From Nemertoderma westbladi (lineage: Eukaryota; Animalia; Xenacoelomorpha): a stretch of 64,000 bases of DNA. Numbering within the stretch: the stretch's first letter is position 1; each line of letters begins with the position of its first letter. The stretch is taken from assembly GCA_032718475.1 (NCBI GenBank), contig JAUCBJ010001051.1, positions 12,760-76,759 on the forward strand, written 5' to 3'. Shown piece after piece: positions 10,495-23,200 of the stretch. A model generated the notes under the pieces. That model worked only from the letters and a program-made list of their open reading frames with translations, did no database searches and was not told the DNA's origin. A program made the translations under genes and the position numbers.

Positions 10495-11911
10495 GTATCA
10501 TCGTATCATCATCATCGTACATCCATAACTGATAAATATTGTACTGCTGTTTAAGCATACTGACATAGGACAAATTCAGAATTATAAATTCAGACAAGTT
10601 TGTTTGTCACGATTTGGTCCTTTCAGAACCGGTTCGAAGTCCACTATAATCAATACCATAAACAGATAAAACAGATTCCTTGCTTTTCTTTGCTTTAATT
10701 CATATCATAAACATAACATTAACATAGGTAAGATAAAGGCAACCATGAAAAAGGTCTGACTTTAGTAGGTAACCAACTACTGTAAACTGTCTGACTCTAG
10801 AGACAGCAATACGGTCTCCGGTACTTCAGTCTGGCAGTCCTTAAGGCAGTAGGTCCGGACCGCATAATAATAATGGTTACACTTTTTAGAAGGGCGAAAA
10901 TATATGCTCCTAGGGGTTTGAACAATCTAATGCAGAACTGTTGGCACTGCGAACACTCTGTTTCTTTCTTGTCGGAAAGGGATGGTACTGTGCAGGCAAG
11001 CAAGACAGGTCTTAGGAATTAATACTAGTATACTTACTCCAACTTTTCCGCTGTCCTCTCCCAAATGGTCCAAAAAGGGCCATAGGGATCAAGAAGCCAG
11101 TTAGAGTCACAATCCACAAAACTTTTGGGCATAAATCTCATACTGAAGTAATCAATCAAATGACAAAAAAAGTCACACAATATTGGTCCCTTTTATACTG
11201 AAAATTCCTGGTTAATCTTGGAAGTACTTAGAAGTTGACCCCAAACCATCAGTCAAACATAATTAATACCAGGATTGGCAGAAACCAAAAACAATATCTC
11301 TCATGAATGGCTGAAACCGAGGTTGTATCAATAAAATTAATTATCACCTCGATCAAACTGTGATATTTATGGAGTTCCTGTTAAGCCTCTATTAACTGTG
11401 CACGTGCTCCTGATGTAAACACAATGGCTACTAATATAATACAATGAGATTCACTACTAACCAGCTTCCATCCTCCACACCCAAGCCGCATCCCTATTCG
11501 ATAGCAGTTGATTAGTTCAACTGCATTGCTATACCAGTGAGGTATATATGATCTACATGATCTAGATGAGCTACTATAAACCTCAAGGTATATTTGCTGG
11601 CTATCAATTACCTGTGACTTGGAGAATGGAAGTGATAGATTGCCCATTACCCAATAATATTGTAGTCACAGAATAACATCTGCAGTGAGATAATATCGTC
11701 CCTGAACAATATCTATGTGAAATCCATGATGAATGAATTTCCTATTCTAAGTTAATATCTTGGGAAGCGCATTGGGTTTTTAACTACAAAGCTTCAAACT
11801 CCAATACATAACCTTACCTAAGCTAACCCAACCTAACTTGGGTAACCTAACCTAATTTGACCTAACCTTTTCTTACGTGATCAGTGATCTCACAATCTAT
11901 TTTTCTTACAG

Positions 11912-12065
11912 TGAATTAATGAGACACGAGTCTCACTTATCGAACATTGCTCTGTCTGGTATCGACTGCTCGGACACTCTGTCCTCCTGCCTTGGCTACC
12001 TCTATAACAACCAATCAGCGTCCTCCAAGGACACTTATCTGCACCAATGGGATTGTATCAGCTGA
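11912..12065 (+). CDS. ARID2: ARID2-like terminal coding exon
   Basis: ttacAG acceptor in the correct phase. Encodes ELMRHESHLSNIALSGIDCSDTLSSCLGYL...stop, matching the ARID2 end ([29 protein letters not shown]). Confidence 0.88.
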
Positions 12066-12651
12066 CCCAGCGCTGCGTTGCTATGACAACGCTCTACCAA
12101 GGGAGGGTCTGTCTCCATCCACCATAGAATCCCTACATTGTATCCATCATATACTAACACAACCTTAATAAGAAGTGCAATGCCAATTTTGTACTACAAT
12201 ATTAAAATAACTTGAAATTGTATTTTTGTGTTAAATTCCTTTATACTTAAATAATTTATGTTGCTAGAATACAGACGGATTGCCTTTTTTTCTTTGTTCC
12301 ACATTGAATCTAAAAGTTATTGTCTGTAAATTTATTTGTTGTGACTACTTTACGTTACTTTAACTACACTTGGTTTTGTTTTATGTTCGTCCTCATACAA
12401 CCTCACACCACCTACACATTCATGTATACGTAATGCTGGTAATATTGCCACTATTTGACTTTGATCTTTGATTTTCACTTTGTAAACCGTTATAAACTCC
12501 ACTCCTTCTTTTTATCTTTTCATAAAAACTCTATGCGTATAGGACTCATTAATAAGATGCCATTTATTCCGTATTAGTTCAATTCATTCATTCAACTCTA
12601 AATACAATTTTAACATTTTGTATTTCATGCGATATTTAACAGAATGGGAAT

Positions 12652-13745
12652 TTAAGGGGGGGTGGGATCACTTTCTGGAATTTTTGAAACATCCTATCTG
12701 ATGCTGAACTTCATGCTGAATCCAAATATGAAAACCGTTTTCCCATATCTTGCTTAGTTTTCGCGATATCTGGGATAGAAGATACTGGCTCCGATATATC
12801 GCGATATCGGTAAAGGCGATGAAGTTTGGGGTTTGCATTCAATTTCTGCAAATTTCGGTGCTCAGTGGTGCCAATTGGATGTCTCCACGAGAAAGAGCAC
12901 AAAATTTTAATTGATAAGGTATTTTTAAGACAACTTCAAGTCTCTGGAATGAAGACGGGACTCGAATAAGCGACTCTGTGGTCTTTGCGGGATTACACGG
13001 AATAGACTAATCAGTCATCGGAGATCTTCAAAATGTGTAATCTCCAGTTCTAGTGGTCGTACGAAGTTCGTTTTAGGCTCTTTCGAAAGCTCTTTTCTCA
13101 GAGAACAAAGTTACCATTTGGTATGGCAAACTCTTAAAAGCTGCCCGAGCAATCATAACTTGAATAAAATTTGCAAGGCATATTTTACCCAAATTCATGT
13201 TATTTTGCTTCACAACAATTTTATCTTAAATCAAATGGTAACTTTGTTCTCTGAAAAAAGAGCTTTCGAATGAGCCTAAAACGAACTTCTTACGATCACT
13301 AGAACTGGAGATTATACATTTTGAACATCTCCAATGACTGATAAGTCTATTCCGTGTAATCCCGCAAAGACCACAGAGTCACTTATTCGAGTTCCGTCTT
13401 CATTCCGGAGACTTGAACTTGTCTTATAAACTGATCAGTAGGTCCAATAATCATAAAAAAATACCTTATCAATTAAAATTTTGTGCTCTTTCTCGTGGAG
13501 ACATCCAATTGGCACCACGGGGCAGCACCGAAATTTGCAGAAATTGAAAGCAAACTCCAAACTTCATCGCCTTTACTGATATCGCGATATATCGGAGCCA
13601 GTATCTTCAATCCCAGATATCGCGAAAACTAAGCAAGATATGGGAAAACGGTTTCCATATTTGGATTCAGCATGAAATTCTGCATCAGATAAGATATGTT
13701 TCAAAAATTCGACTTTTTTGGTCAGAAGATGCACTACCCATTTAA
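12652..13745. mobile_element. ~1.1-kb palindromic non-autonomous DNA transposon bounded by TTAA (possibly Kolobok/piggyBac-like)
   Basis: Arms ~12690-13130 and ~13230-13700 are long reverse complements. TTAA at 12652-12655 and 13742-13745. Confidence 0.65.
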
Positions 13746-15175
13746 ACTTAAACCATTTGTGGTACTCATGTAGTCTGTCGGAATTCTGTAATTTAATTTG
13801 CATTGGTGAACTCAAGAGTTCTATCTTCCTCTCCCATTTGAGGGCTACTAAATAGAGGTACCTGTATGGTAAACTTGTTTTCTTGGTCTTACACGAAGCT
13901 CACCGTGTTCATCTTTTACTAAGGAAGCCTATTGAATGGTGCGACCTTTGAACAGCCGCCAAAGCCTATTGACTCGATAATTGCTTTTGTTAATATTTAA
14001 TATTTATTTTTGAATATATTAGTTATGATTATAATTTGTAGGAATCAATAATCCTTATCGTAATCAAAACATTAATGGCATTATTTATGGCAGTTTTGAG
14101 TTATAATTAGTTATTATTATTATTAATTATTATAATTTTTTTGTTCAACATATTTTTATTTCCCAAGTTCAAGAAGAGATGCTACTGTTTGGGCATAGTG
14201 CTTTAAATGCTGCAGCTGCTGCGGCCTAGCTACACCCAGGCTTTCATCCTTGACTGGCAACTTGGGAAATAGAATGGAAGATATGAAACATTAATTATAA
14301 ATAATAATAACAACTTTTGTATCTCATTGCCAATTATATTTTCATGTATTACAATTTTTAGCTATTAGACTTGTTATATTCAATTCGAGTCAATAGGAAA
14401 GCCATTATTGTGAACCGCGGCCACAAATTTTAAGCAAAATTATTGGTTATTAATATTTTTAAAGTTTTACTATAATTCATCCCTGTCCATCTCAAAGTCT
14501 AGTATTTTCTATTATAAATTTATTATAAATATTAAACTAGTTTAAGCTAGGAGTGTGTAATATTTACTATTATTGTTATTATAGTTTGTCTCTTGTTTTA
14601 TATTCTTGGTGAGTGGCTTGTTGTTTACATAAATATAATAAACCAACAAAATATGTTTTATGTAATAAAATATTATAAAATTTTTTGTACCTCAACCCAT
14701 ATTTTCACTTCGTAAAAGCTTCTGCGGCCGCGACGTATACCCCCCCCCCCCCCCCCCCCCCACCGCGATCCATACGCCCCAATCAATGTGTTTGATCCCA
14801 GTATACACCAAAAGATAAACAGCCAATAAAATCTACCTTTTATTTTCTTGGCTCATCTTTTCTGACCATGACATTATGATTTCTCAGTATTTTGAGGTTC
14901 AGCTATGCCGGAAGCTCATTGTTCTGTTTTTGCTGATAGAAACAGGGCGGATTTCAGCCTAAAATTATCAGTGTTGATTTACACGGAGCTGTCTGCACTA
15001 TGCTGTCTGTATAGATGATATGTATGTCTTGTATAATTTGTATATTTATATATATTTGTATATCATGACTGTTATTTGTATCATAAGGAAAGTATTGGGG
15101 GGTTAATTAGCGATTCTGGTTCACATCAATTGGATTGTATGAGATGAGTATACATGTTATTATATAGCACCAACT

Positions 15176-16167
15176 GGTTCGTCGCGTTTCGGCACCTGTC
15201 ACGTTTAGGCAACTCAAATTCGCGTTTCGGCAAATGGACAATTACGTGTCACCAACTGCTATAGTTGTGTTTCGGCAACTCGTAGTTGCATTTCGGCAAC
15301 TCATAGTTGCATTTCGACAACTCATAGTTGCATTTCGGCGAACTGAAGTCGCGTTTCGGCAACTAGGTATCGTATCTGTATCTGTAATGTATCTGTGACT
15401 GCACTCTTATGTAAGTAAATTATAAATGACGACAAGTTTAAGTTAGTTATAGTTTTCGAAGGCAGAGTTGTTAACTGTTTGAGTTAGTTAGTTAATTTTA
15501 AATATACCCGCAGCTGAAGTTGTGGATGTAAACGTTTGGAACTGGAATCTGTCTGTCTGAAACACAAATCCCGTTTACAATCTCCAAGGGGTGTTTTTCT
15601 AATACAAAGCGAAGCGCACCTTGCTGGGCGGGGTTTACAGCTACAACTTCAGTAATAATTAATTTAAGTTAATATTTTGTTGAATTGGTAATTTTTTTGA
15701 ATGATTCTTTTTAATATTTTATATTTTGCTCACTCAGGCTTACCGGTACAATATTACGCTTACAAGGGGATATAGACTTCCACGACATGTGTAGTATCCC
15801 TTACTTTGATATTATGGATCAAACATATAACAATAATAATAATTCATTTATTGTTGTCATTTATAGTCATTAGTGTTGGAGTAGGCGGGGTAAACTAAAG
15901 TAAAATGAAATTGAATAATGGGAAACGTAATGAGGCAAAGGTAATAATCTATACTCTAGGCTCTATACAGTATCCAGTTGGCCTTTGCTTACGAGTTGCC
16001 GAAACCATCTATCTATCAGTTTGCCTAAGCGCATCCTGTTAACAGTTGCCGAAATGAAACCATGTGTTGCCGAAATGCAACCTTGTTACCATGTTGCCGA
16101 AACGCGACTATGAGTTGCCGAAACGCGTCTCTAAAGCTACTATCAGTTGCCGAAACGCGACAACACC
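15176..16167. mobile_element. Foldback MITE with subterminal GTTTCGGCAAC repeats
   Basis: Left GGTTCGTCGCGTTTCGGCA and right TGCCGAAACGCGACAACACC. Flanked by CACCAAC(T)/CACCAAC(G), a probable TSD. Confidence 0.75.
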
Positions 16168-16280
16168 CACCAACGTATGTGAGCCTACAAACTCCTTATT
16201 CATGAACAAAATTGTCTCAAGGCAGCAATTCATGCACCAACGTTTATTTCAGCCCGATTTAATATACCATGCCCATAAAG

Positions 16281-16564
16281 GGATGTTAGGACAATTGCGA
16301 CCTGGACAATTGCGACCCGGACAATTGCGACCCGGACAATTGCGACCCGGAAAATTGCGACCCGGTCAATTGAGACACATGGTTTTAGAAAAAATTGATG
16401 GGTCGCAATTGTCCGGGTCGCAATTGTCCGGATCCAGATAGAAAGATGTAATGTATATCATTGACAATTGCGACCCATAATTTTTATTTAAAAACATGGG
16501 TCGCAATTGACCGGGTCGCAATTGACCGGGTCGCAATTGTCCGGGTCGCAATTGTCCGGACTCC
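16281..16564. mobile_element. Foldback MITE with 15-bp GGACAATTGCGACCC repeats and an 8-9-bp TSD
   Basis: Inverted tandem arrays, with (C)CCATAAAG duplicated at 16272-16280 and 16564-16572. Confidence 0.8.
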
Positions 16565-16697
16565 CCATAAAGGGTGTGCCAACTATGATTTTTGTTAGTA
16601 ATTTGTTGTTATTGCCATGAAATGTAGACCTGTCTGATATCTGGAACACAACATCTGAAACGGAACTGTTAATATAGAATTAACAGTTCCGTTTCAG

Positions 16698-16973
16698 ATG
16701 TTAGCAAAATTAATGCACGATGTCATTAAAGGTGTTTCACCCATGGCCCATCTTTTTCAGCATACTACTGTAGAAGTGTTGCACTGTTATGGTACACGAT
16801 CAGCTACACATAATAATTACTTTATCCCACGTGTTCGAAGGCTTGTCGGACATAATTCTCTTCAATATCAAGGTCCTGTCATTTGGAACTCTGTTAACGA
16901 TAAACTTAAAAATTTACCAAATAAGCCGCTCTTCTGCAGGAAGCTAAAGATAAATCTTCTAGACTCATTGTAG
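16698..16973 (+). mobile_element. 3' end fragment of a CR1/L2-group LINE ORF2
   Basis: YGTRSA...IPRVRR..GHNSLQYQGPVIWNSV...FCRKLK matches the typical C-terminal tail of CR1/L2-like ORF2. Confidence 0.6.
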
Positions 16974-17257
16974 TAGTAAGCCCTACACAATCAGTATTTT
17001 TTATTTTAATTATGCTCCAAATAGCTATCAAATTAAGCTAAATTACAACAAATATTCCGCCTATCAAAACACACTTCTTTATAACTTACTAAGTAAGCTG
17101 CGTCAGTATATAGGACTCTTATAATTTAACATTATACTGGTAATTATTTCAAACTTTAAGGTTCATAAATATATCATTTGGTCACAATATATTATACATT
17201 TATTTAGCTTTGCTCATACCAGGATGTTTGCCGTTAACACCCCCAGGCTTATAGTTT

Positions 17258-17524
17258 ACTAGCAGGCAATACCCGAGGCATGTTACCCGGTATTTCCCGC
17301 TACTGGCATAGGCCTACTGGCGTACTTGTACCGGTATAGGCCTACTGACGTACCGGTACTTAGTACCGGTACCGAACGTGAATTAAACTTTTCGAAAAGT
17401 GGCCTATAACGACCGCTGGTTAAAGTTATAAACACATGCCAAGTCCCAGCGCAATCCCTCCGCCCGTTTTGGAGGAGTTCGAACACAGAGAGAGAGAGAG
17501 AATTTGATTTTTATAGGTATAGAT
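17258..17524 (+). mobile_element. Helentron-associated (HINE/DINE-like) non-autonomous element
   Basis: Starts ACTAG...TACCCG, has a 3' hairpin CCTCC-GCCCGTTTT-GGAGG and an (AG)n microsatellite, and ends TTTTATAGGTATAGAT. Confidence 0.6.
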
Positions 17525-18101
17525 GATAATTATAGTTAATCACCAAAACGCATTGCAGTATACAAAATGCCCAATGCCTGTCTACACCTTATTAATGAGA
17601 AAATTGTCCCAAGTAAGTAAATCAATCAGGTCCCAGGGTGTATTTCAGTTGGGTCCATAATACCACATCCCTAAAGGATGTGACAAACTATAATTCTCAT
17701 TAATAATCTGTTGTAATTACCTCAAGTCATAGAGCTGTTTGTTATCTAGAGCACAACACCTAAAACGGAACTGTTAATTAATATTATCCTGTAAGTGAAC
17801 ATAATACAGCGAGAATCAATCGAAGCATACACCAGCCTAATTCTAATAAACCGATATATTTCAGGCTCTCATTAAAGGTGGGTCCATAGGCCGCGCTAGC
17901 TGATTTATATCTGATGTTATCCCATTTGGCAAACTTAGCAAGATTTCTGGGATGATAAATTTGGCAGTGAAAATTATCTAAGTCTTCTAAAAGCGCGAAC
18001 AGTACATAACTTTTCTCTGCTGTTCCGGTGGAATGGTAATTTAAATTTATGCCTGCGGTACTGGGTAGGTGTAAAACGCGGATCCGGATACGGATCAGGA
18101 C

Positions 18102-18238
18102 TAGGGTTCAACAGAAGGCACTTTATGGGGCCGAACCGAAGCAGGGCCAACTTCGGGCCGAACCGAACCGAATCCGAACCGAAGCAGGGCCAACTTCGGG
18201 CCGAACCGAACCGAAGTTGAAAGTTAGCAATTTATGGT
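18102..18238 (+). repeat. hAT-like MITE end with CCGAACCGAA repeats, interrupted by the BEL element
   Basis: TAGGG start followed by tandem GCCGAACCGAA...; the opposite end was not identified. Confidence 0.4.
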
Positions 18239-19523
18239 TGTACGCGCTTTTGAAGACCTTTAGCAGTTTAACCTGCCAAAATTTATATGTCTTTTGGTTT
18301 ATCAATATACTTTAGAAGATGACAAATATTTAATACCAATAAACACAACATTAGCAGAAGCCAGCCTAGTGCGCGTCCATTCACCCGCTGGATATACCCG
18401 GGAGACTGGATTCTGAGGGCTTAGATTATTATTGCAGTGAAGCCTACTGTATTATTCGATTGATCGTTAATAAATAATTTCTGACTAATATTATTCACTT
18501 TCGGGAAATATTAACAGTTCCTTTAGGACGTGGCGCTCTATCTAAGTAAACAGAGATATGACTTATACTAATCACAACGGTAAGTCGGTAAGGCTTATAA
18601 TTCACGTATGAGGCGCATTCTTTAGGAAATGCTTAGTTATCAGTCACAATCAGGCACACTACCGGTAACACACAATACTGCTCACTAATTTGCCGACCGT
18701 CAATGTATTTTATCATATATAAAGCGAACAGCAATTGACTCTTGTAGTGCTTATCAAATAGCATTAAATTCAATACAAACCACAACAATATAAGTCGCAA
18801 TCGCTATATATAACCCGCCTCTCTAACCTGTAGTGTATCAAGAAAATTGGGAAATTTGGGTTCTTTATAAACGTTCTCCAAATAATCTTCAATCAACTGA
18901 TATAAAATATGACAACAGTAAAAACATTAAGACGGTAGGTTAGGATATGATATGAACCGATATGTACAGTGATATGTACTGAGTGTCCAAATTGTGCCGT
19001 GATATGAATTGATTTGTGTTATGAATTGCATTGATAACAGTCATACGCTCTATAATCTTAAGCCTACTAATGTTTCTTTCTAGAGCCGTTGTTTCTGGCT
19101 TAGACAGCAATAACAACAAAGTATCAGTAAAAAACTGTAAGACTGAACAATCCCAGTATGATCGGCTCAAAGCTCCACATCAACAGAGAAAATCGCTCTG
19201 ATTGGCTGAAGCCAAACAAAGAACCATGCGTCCAATGGCTGTTTCCATTTAAGCAACCAGCTGTTAGATGTCGTAATCTGAATCATCACGGCTAAGCTGT
19301 GTAAAAGTATTTGCCGTATTGCGGGTTTTTTGCCTTACCATGTCCGCTAAAACACGTATATAGAAGAATGACTTTTATGTCCGTTAAAAACACCTGTAAC
19401 GGTACCTTGCGGGCAAGGGGAATATATATACAGTTAGAGAACCCTTTTAGAGTATTCCAGCGCCTAGGGGGAAACTGGATTGCGAAGCAAAGGGGCCAGT
19501 TATATCCCACAGAAGCTTTTACA
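18239..19523 (-). repeat. BEL 3' LTR (1285 bp)
   Basis: Minus strand TGTAAAAGC...GCGCGTACA. By eye it differs from the 5' LTR by one substitution (~19172) and one A in a run. Confidence 0.95.
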
Positions 19524-19601
19524 CCGCTCCCAGAAAATGGGATTTGAGTCTATTAATATACAAAAATCACAGTTTCTAATATACGTAAATACTCTAAACA
19601 G

Positions 19602-20293
19602 TTAGTCTTTCTTGCGCGGACGGCGTTTACGCAATTTTTTAAAGCTAGCCAGAGTCCTTTTCTCTTTGGGGCGAGCCACTTTACAAGGAGGGCTATAACT
19701 CCGAGGTGAAGGGTGCAATATGATTGCATCAGAGGGTGTAGGATTATGGTCAGTGTATCCGCCAGTCGAAGTACCGGGTTGATTGACATCGACATCAGGT
19801 GAGAGGGGTCTAACGGCTTTGAGAGCTCGTTTCAAGACAGCCGCTCTGACGGGTCCTTTACTCGTGGTCTGAACAAGGGCCGTGGGTGGACCATAGGCAG
19901 TTAGAAACCTCCGGGGTTTAATGGTTCTTTCTAACTCGCGTTCGCGGGCTCGGTATTCGTAAGGCCGCCGATATACTTCCTGTAACTCTGGGTGTGAGTT
20001 AACAAATAAGTCTCCATAGTCCGGATCCTGACGGATATAATTGATTAAGTTATAGGAATGAAGGTCGCTAGGATTAACACTCCTGAGAAATTTGCGTACG
20101 AATTTGGTTGAAATACATTCTCCGACGCGCTTTATTAGCTCGTAACTCGATATGCGTGATTTCTGTTCGACCGAGGCGAAGAGATAAGGATGGAATGCAT
20201 AAACTCCTTCATAAGCGCGTCCGGGATAATAGCGATGGCGCGAATCACAATGTAAATCAGCGTTCGCTTCCCAAGCTCTGATGTAACGTAGTG
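19602..20293 (-). pseudogene. C-terminal part of BEL ORF3, downstream of the Copia insertion
   Basis: Removing the Copia and one TSD copy restores the frame: ...VDEMI-TLRYIRAWEANADLH...KKLRKRRPRKKD*. Open for 230 codons. Confidence 0.85.
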
Positions 20294-20298
20294 TGATC

Positions 20299-23200
20299 TG
20301 TTAAGAATTAAATCAATGTATAATACGAAAGGTAATGAAAGGTAATATAATAAGATAATATATATGAGAAACGTAAAGCAGAGACAGTAACAGAAAATAC
20401 TAATACATCCCTGTTACAGCTGAATGCCTAACAGCTGCAAACAACTGATACATTTAAGTATAGTAGGTCGTATACAATATAAATCAATAAAGTGAATCTA
20501 TCTAATTATTAATTAGTCTATCTAGTCTCAGTTCAGAGTTTATTGTCTTTTATTGAATATCTTATTCAATGAGTTAATCATAACATTCCCCGTCTTCTCC
20601 TTTGTCAAAGGATCTGCCAACATGTCAACAGTTGATACCCACTCGATGGGTCGATCATTTCCAAATTGCCTTTGTTCGTTTATCACTTCCCTAACACAGT
20701 CTAGGTCTAGTTGTAATCTCTTCTCAGAACAAAGGGATCCATTGTTAATACAATTGAAGAGACACCGATTATCAGTAATTAGTTTTATGCTAGTTCTCTT
20801 AGAAGTTGCAGGATTAAATTCCGATATCAAACTCCTGAGATAGACTGCCTCGTCAACAGCATCGACCATAGATATAGCCTCTGCAGCAAGAGCACTTCTA
20901 GTGACGCGCTTTAGTCTATATGACTTCCACCCAATAACAGCTCTACCCCAGAGTAGAATGTACCCACCCCAAGATGGATTACCAAAGGATGCATCAACAT
21001 ACACTGTTATACAATCGGACATATCTCTTAAGAGTGGAAGTATAAATGGCTGGGACTTCACTGTACGAATCAATTTGTTAAGTTTGTTTAAATCAGAGAC
21101 CGTAGCTGTACTAGTGCATGATGCCAATCGACTCACAGAGAAGGATATATCTGGGCGACTTGTCGTGCAAAGCCACATAAGTTTACCAACTGCCGTCCTT
21201 GCAGTTTCCGACTCACAACCAATTCTGACAGTGTCACTAACATTCAGACACTCTAGTTGATCCACATATTTCGCCTGTGAAATTTCAAATCGGGAATCTC
21301 TTTTCCGAATCTGGAGACCTAGAAATTCTACCCATTCGCTATTGACCTTTTTAATCTTTCCTATTTTGAATATAGAATCCAACTTTTCTACAATCGCATT
21401 AACCATAGATGGAGTTCCAGCCAATAGAACATCATCTACATGCAGTCCAATAACCCCCACAACATTATCAACACTTTTGAATATAAACATTGCATTATCC
21501 ATTTTAGACATTATACCACCAAGTTTCAATATTTCATCCTTAACCTTTCCATACCATTGTCTCGAAGCCTCTGTTAAACCATAAACACATTTTCGTAATT
21601 TCCATAACGTTTTACTACCATACGTCAATGGGACGCCTTTTGGAGGGATTAAATAAACATCTCGTTGTATCTGATGACCCTGCAAAAAGGCCGTCTTAAA
21701 ATCAACAACAACTGCCGACCAGTCATCATCACTAGCAATTGACAACGCAATTCTCATTGAATACTTAGTTACAGTTGGGGCATAACCTAAGACATCATCT
21801 GTATCCTCAAATCCCCTTGCTACTAAACGTGCCTTAGGGTACTTCTCGTCCCCATCTCCTTTGTATGTCAATACCCACCGTGTCGAAATCACAGTAGAAT
21901 TGCCTTTAATATCGTCTTCATTAATTTCTTCAAAAGCATTGTTGTCAACCCATGATTTATATTCCTTATATTTCGCATTATCAAATTTTGGTGTGTCCTT
22001 CTCTTCCTTTGCTCTAACAAACATTGATACAAATCTATCTGGTTCATTTCGCTGACGTGTCGATCTTCTCAATGGTTCAGAGTTCCCAGGTTGGATAGTT
22101 GAGTCTCCTGTTGCACCATGTAAAAGGTCATCAACATTATTATCATCTAATTCATCATTACTTTCGGTTTCATCATCATCTGACATGTCATTTTTGCCGT
22201 CTACCTGAATTTTTTTACTTTCATGATTTTGCTGTCCTATATTTCCTGGAACCTCAGTATTAGAGACAGAAATATCTTGGCTATTATTCCGTCTCAATTC
22301 ATCTCGATGACAGCGTAGATATCTACAACCATGCTTTACTAACACTTCAGTTCCATCTTGACTTACAACACGCGCCGGACCACTCCACCGGCGATTGTTA
22401 TGATGTCGGAAATATACTGACTCACCTTCTTTAAACGTCTGGCCTGTTTCTCGTGTAATACATCTCAACGCTCTTCGAATTCGTTCAGAATTTTCCACTT
22501 GTGTGTATGCTATTCTTGTTTCCCTGAGACACCTAAGATGTTTTTCGAATGTTGTCCCGACAGGTGCTGGTTCCAAAGGTAGTACGTCGTCATTGATTGC
22601 TGAATTTATTCTAGGGTTTTTACCGAATACTAATTGATAAGGAGAAAATCCAGAATTGTTGTGATTACAGTTCTTAGCAAAGCAAGCCATGCGGAGAATT
22701 GAATCAATAGTTAAATCTTTCTCTGTCAAACTGACCTTATAATATATCTCCTTTATTGTACCATTGTGTCTTTCTACAACACCATTAGAAAATGGGCAAT
22801 AAGGCACTGTTGAAAGATGTTCAATGTTTAAATAATCACACATTTCTGTGAATGAAGCCGCAGCAAACTCACCACCGTTATCAGTCAATATCGCTCTTGA
22901 ATTGCCAAATAATGACATCCAGTTATCTAATATACAACGTTGTATAGTCGTACTTTGCTTATCCATAATTCTTAAAACCATGCTGAAGCGTGTATACATA
23001 TCAATTATATGTATTGCCCAAAAGGAACCACGTTGCTGGTCTTTAATATGAGTTAGATCAATGGCCAGCATTTCATTAAATTCATTGGCCATAGGTAGAG
23101 TAACTATCGGCTTTGGCTTCATTCGTTTGTATAGTTGACAACTTTCACAACTTTCACTGATTTCGACTACATGATTTCTATCAAATGCCTGACCACTGTT

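Noticed and set aside
10790-11760. Possible old LINE remnant on the minus strand
   Set aside because: The composition is suggestive but the motifs are too degraded to support a call.
16064-16551. ORFs with PGQLR and LPKR repeats
   Set aside because: Translations of MITE subterminal tandem repeats.
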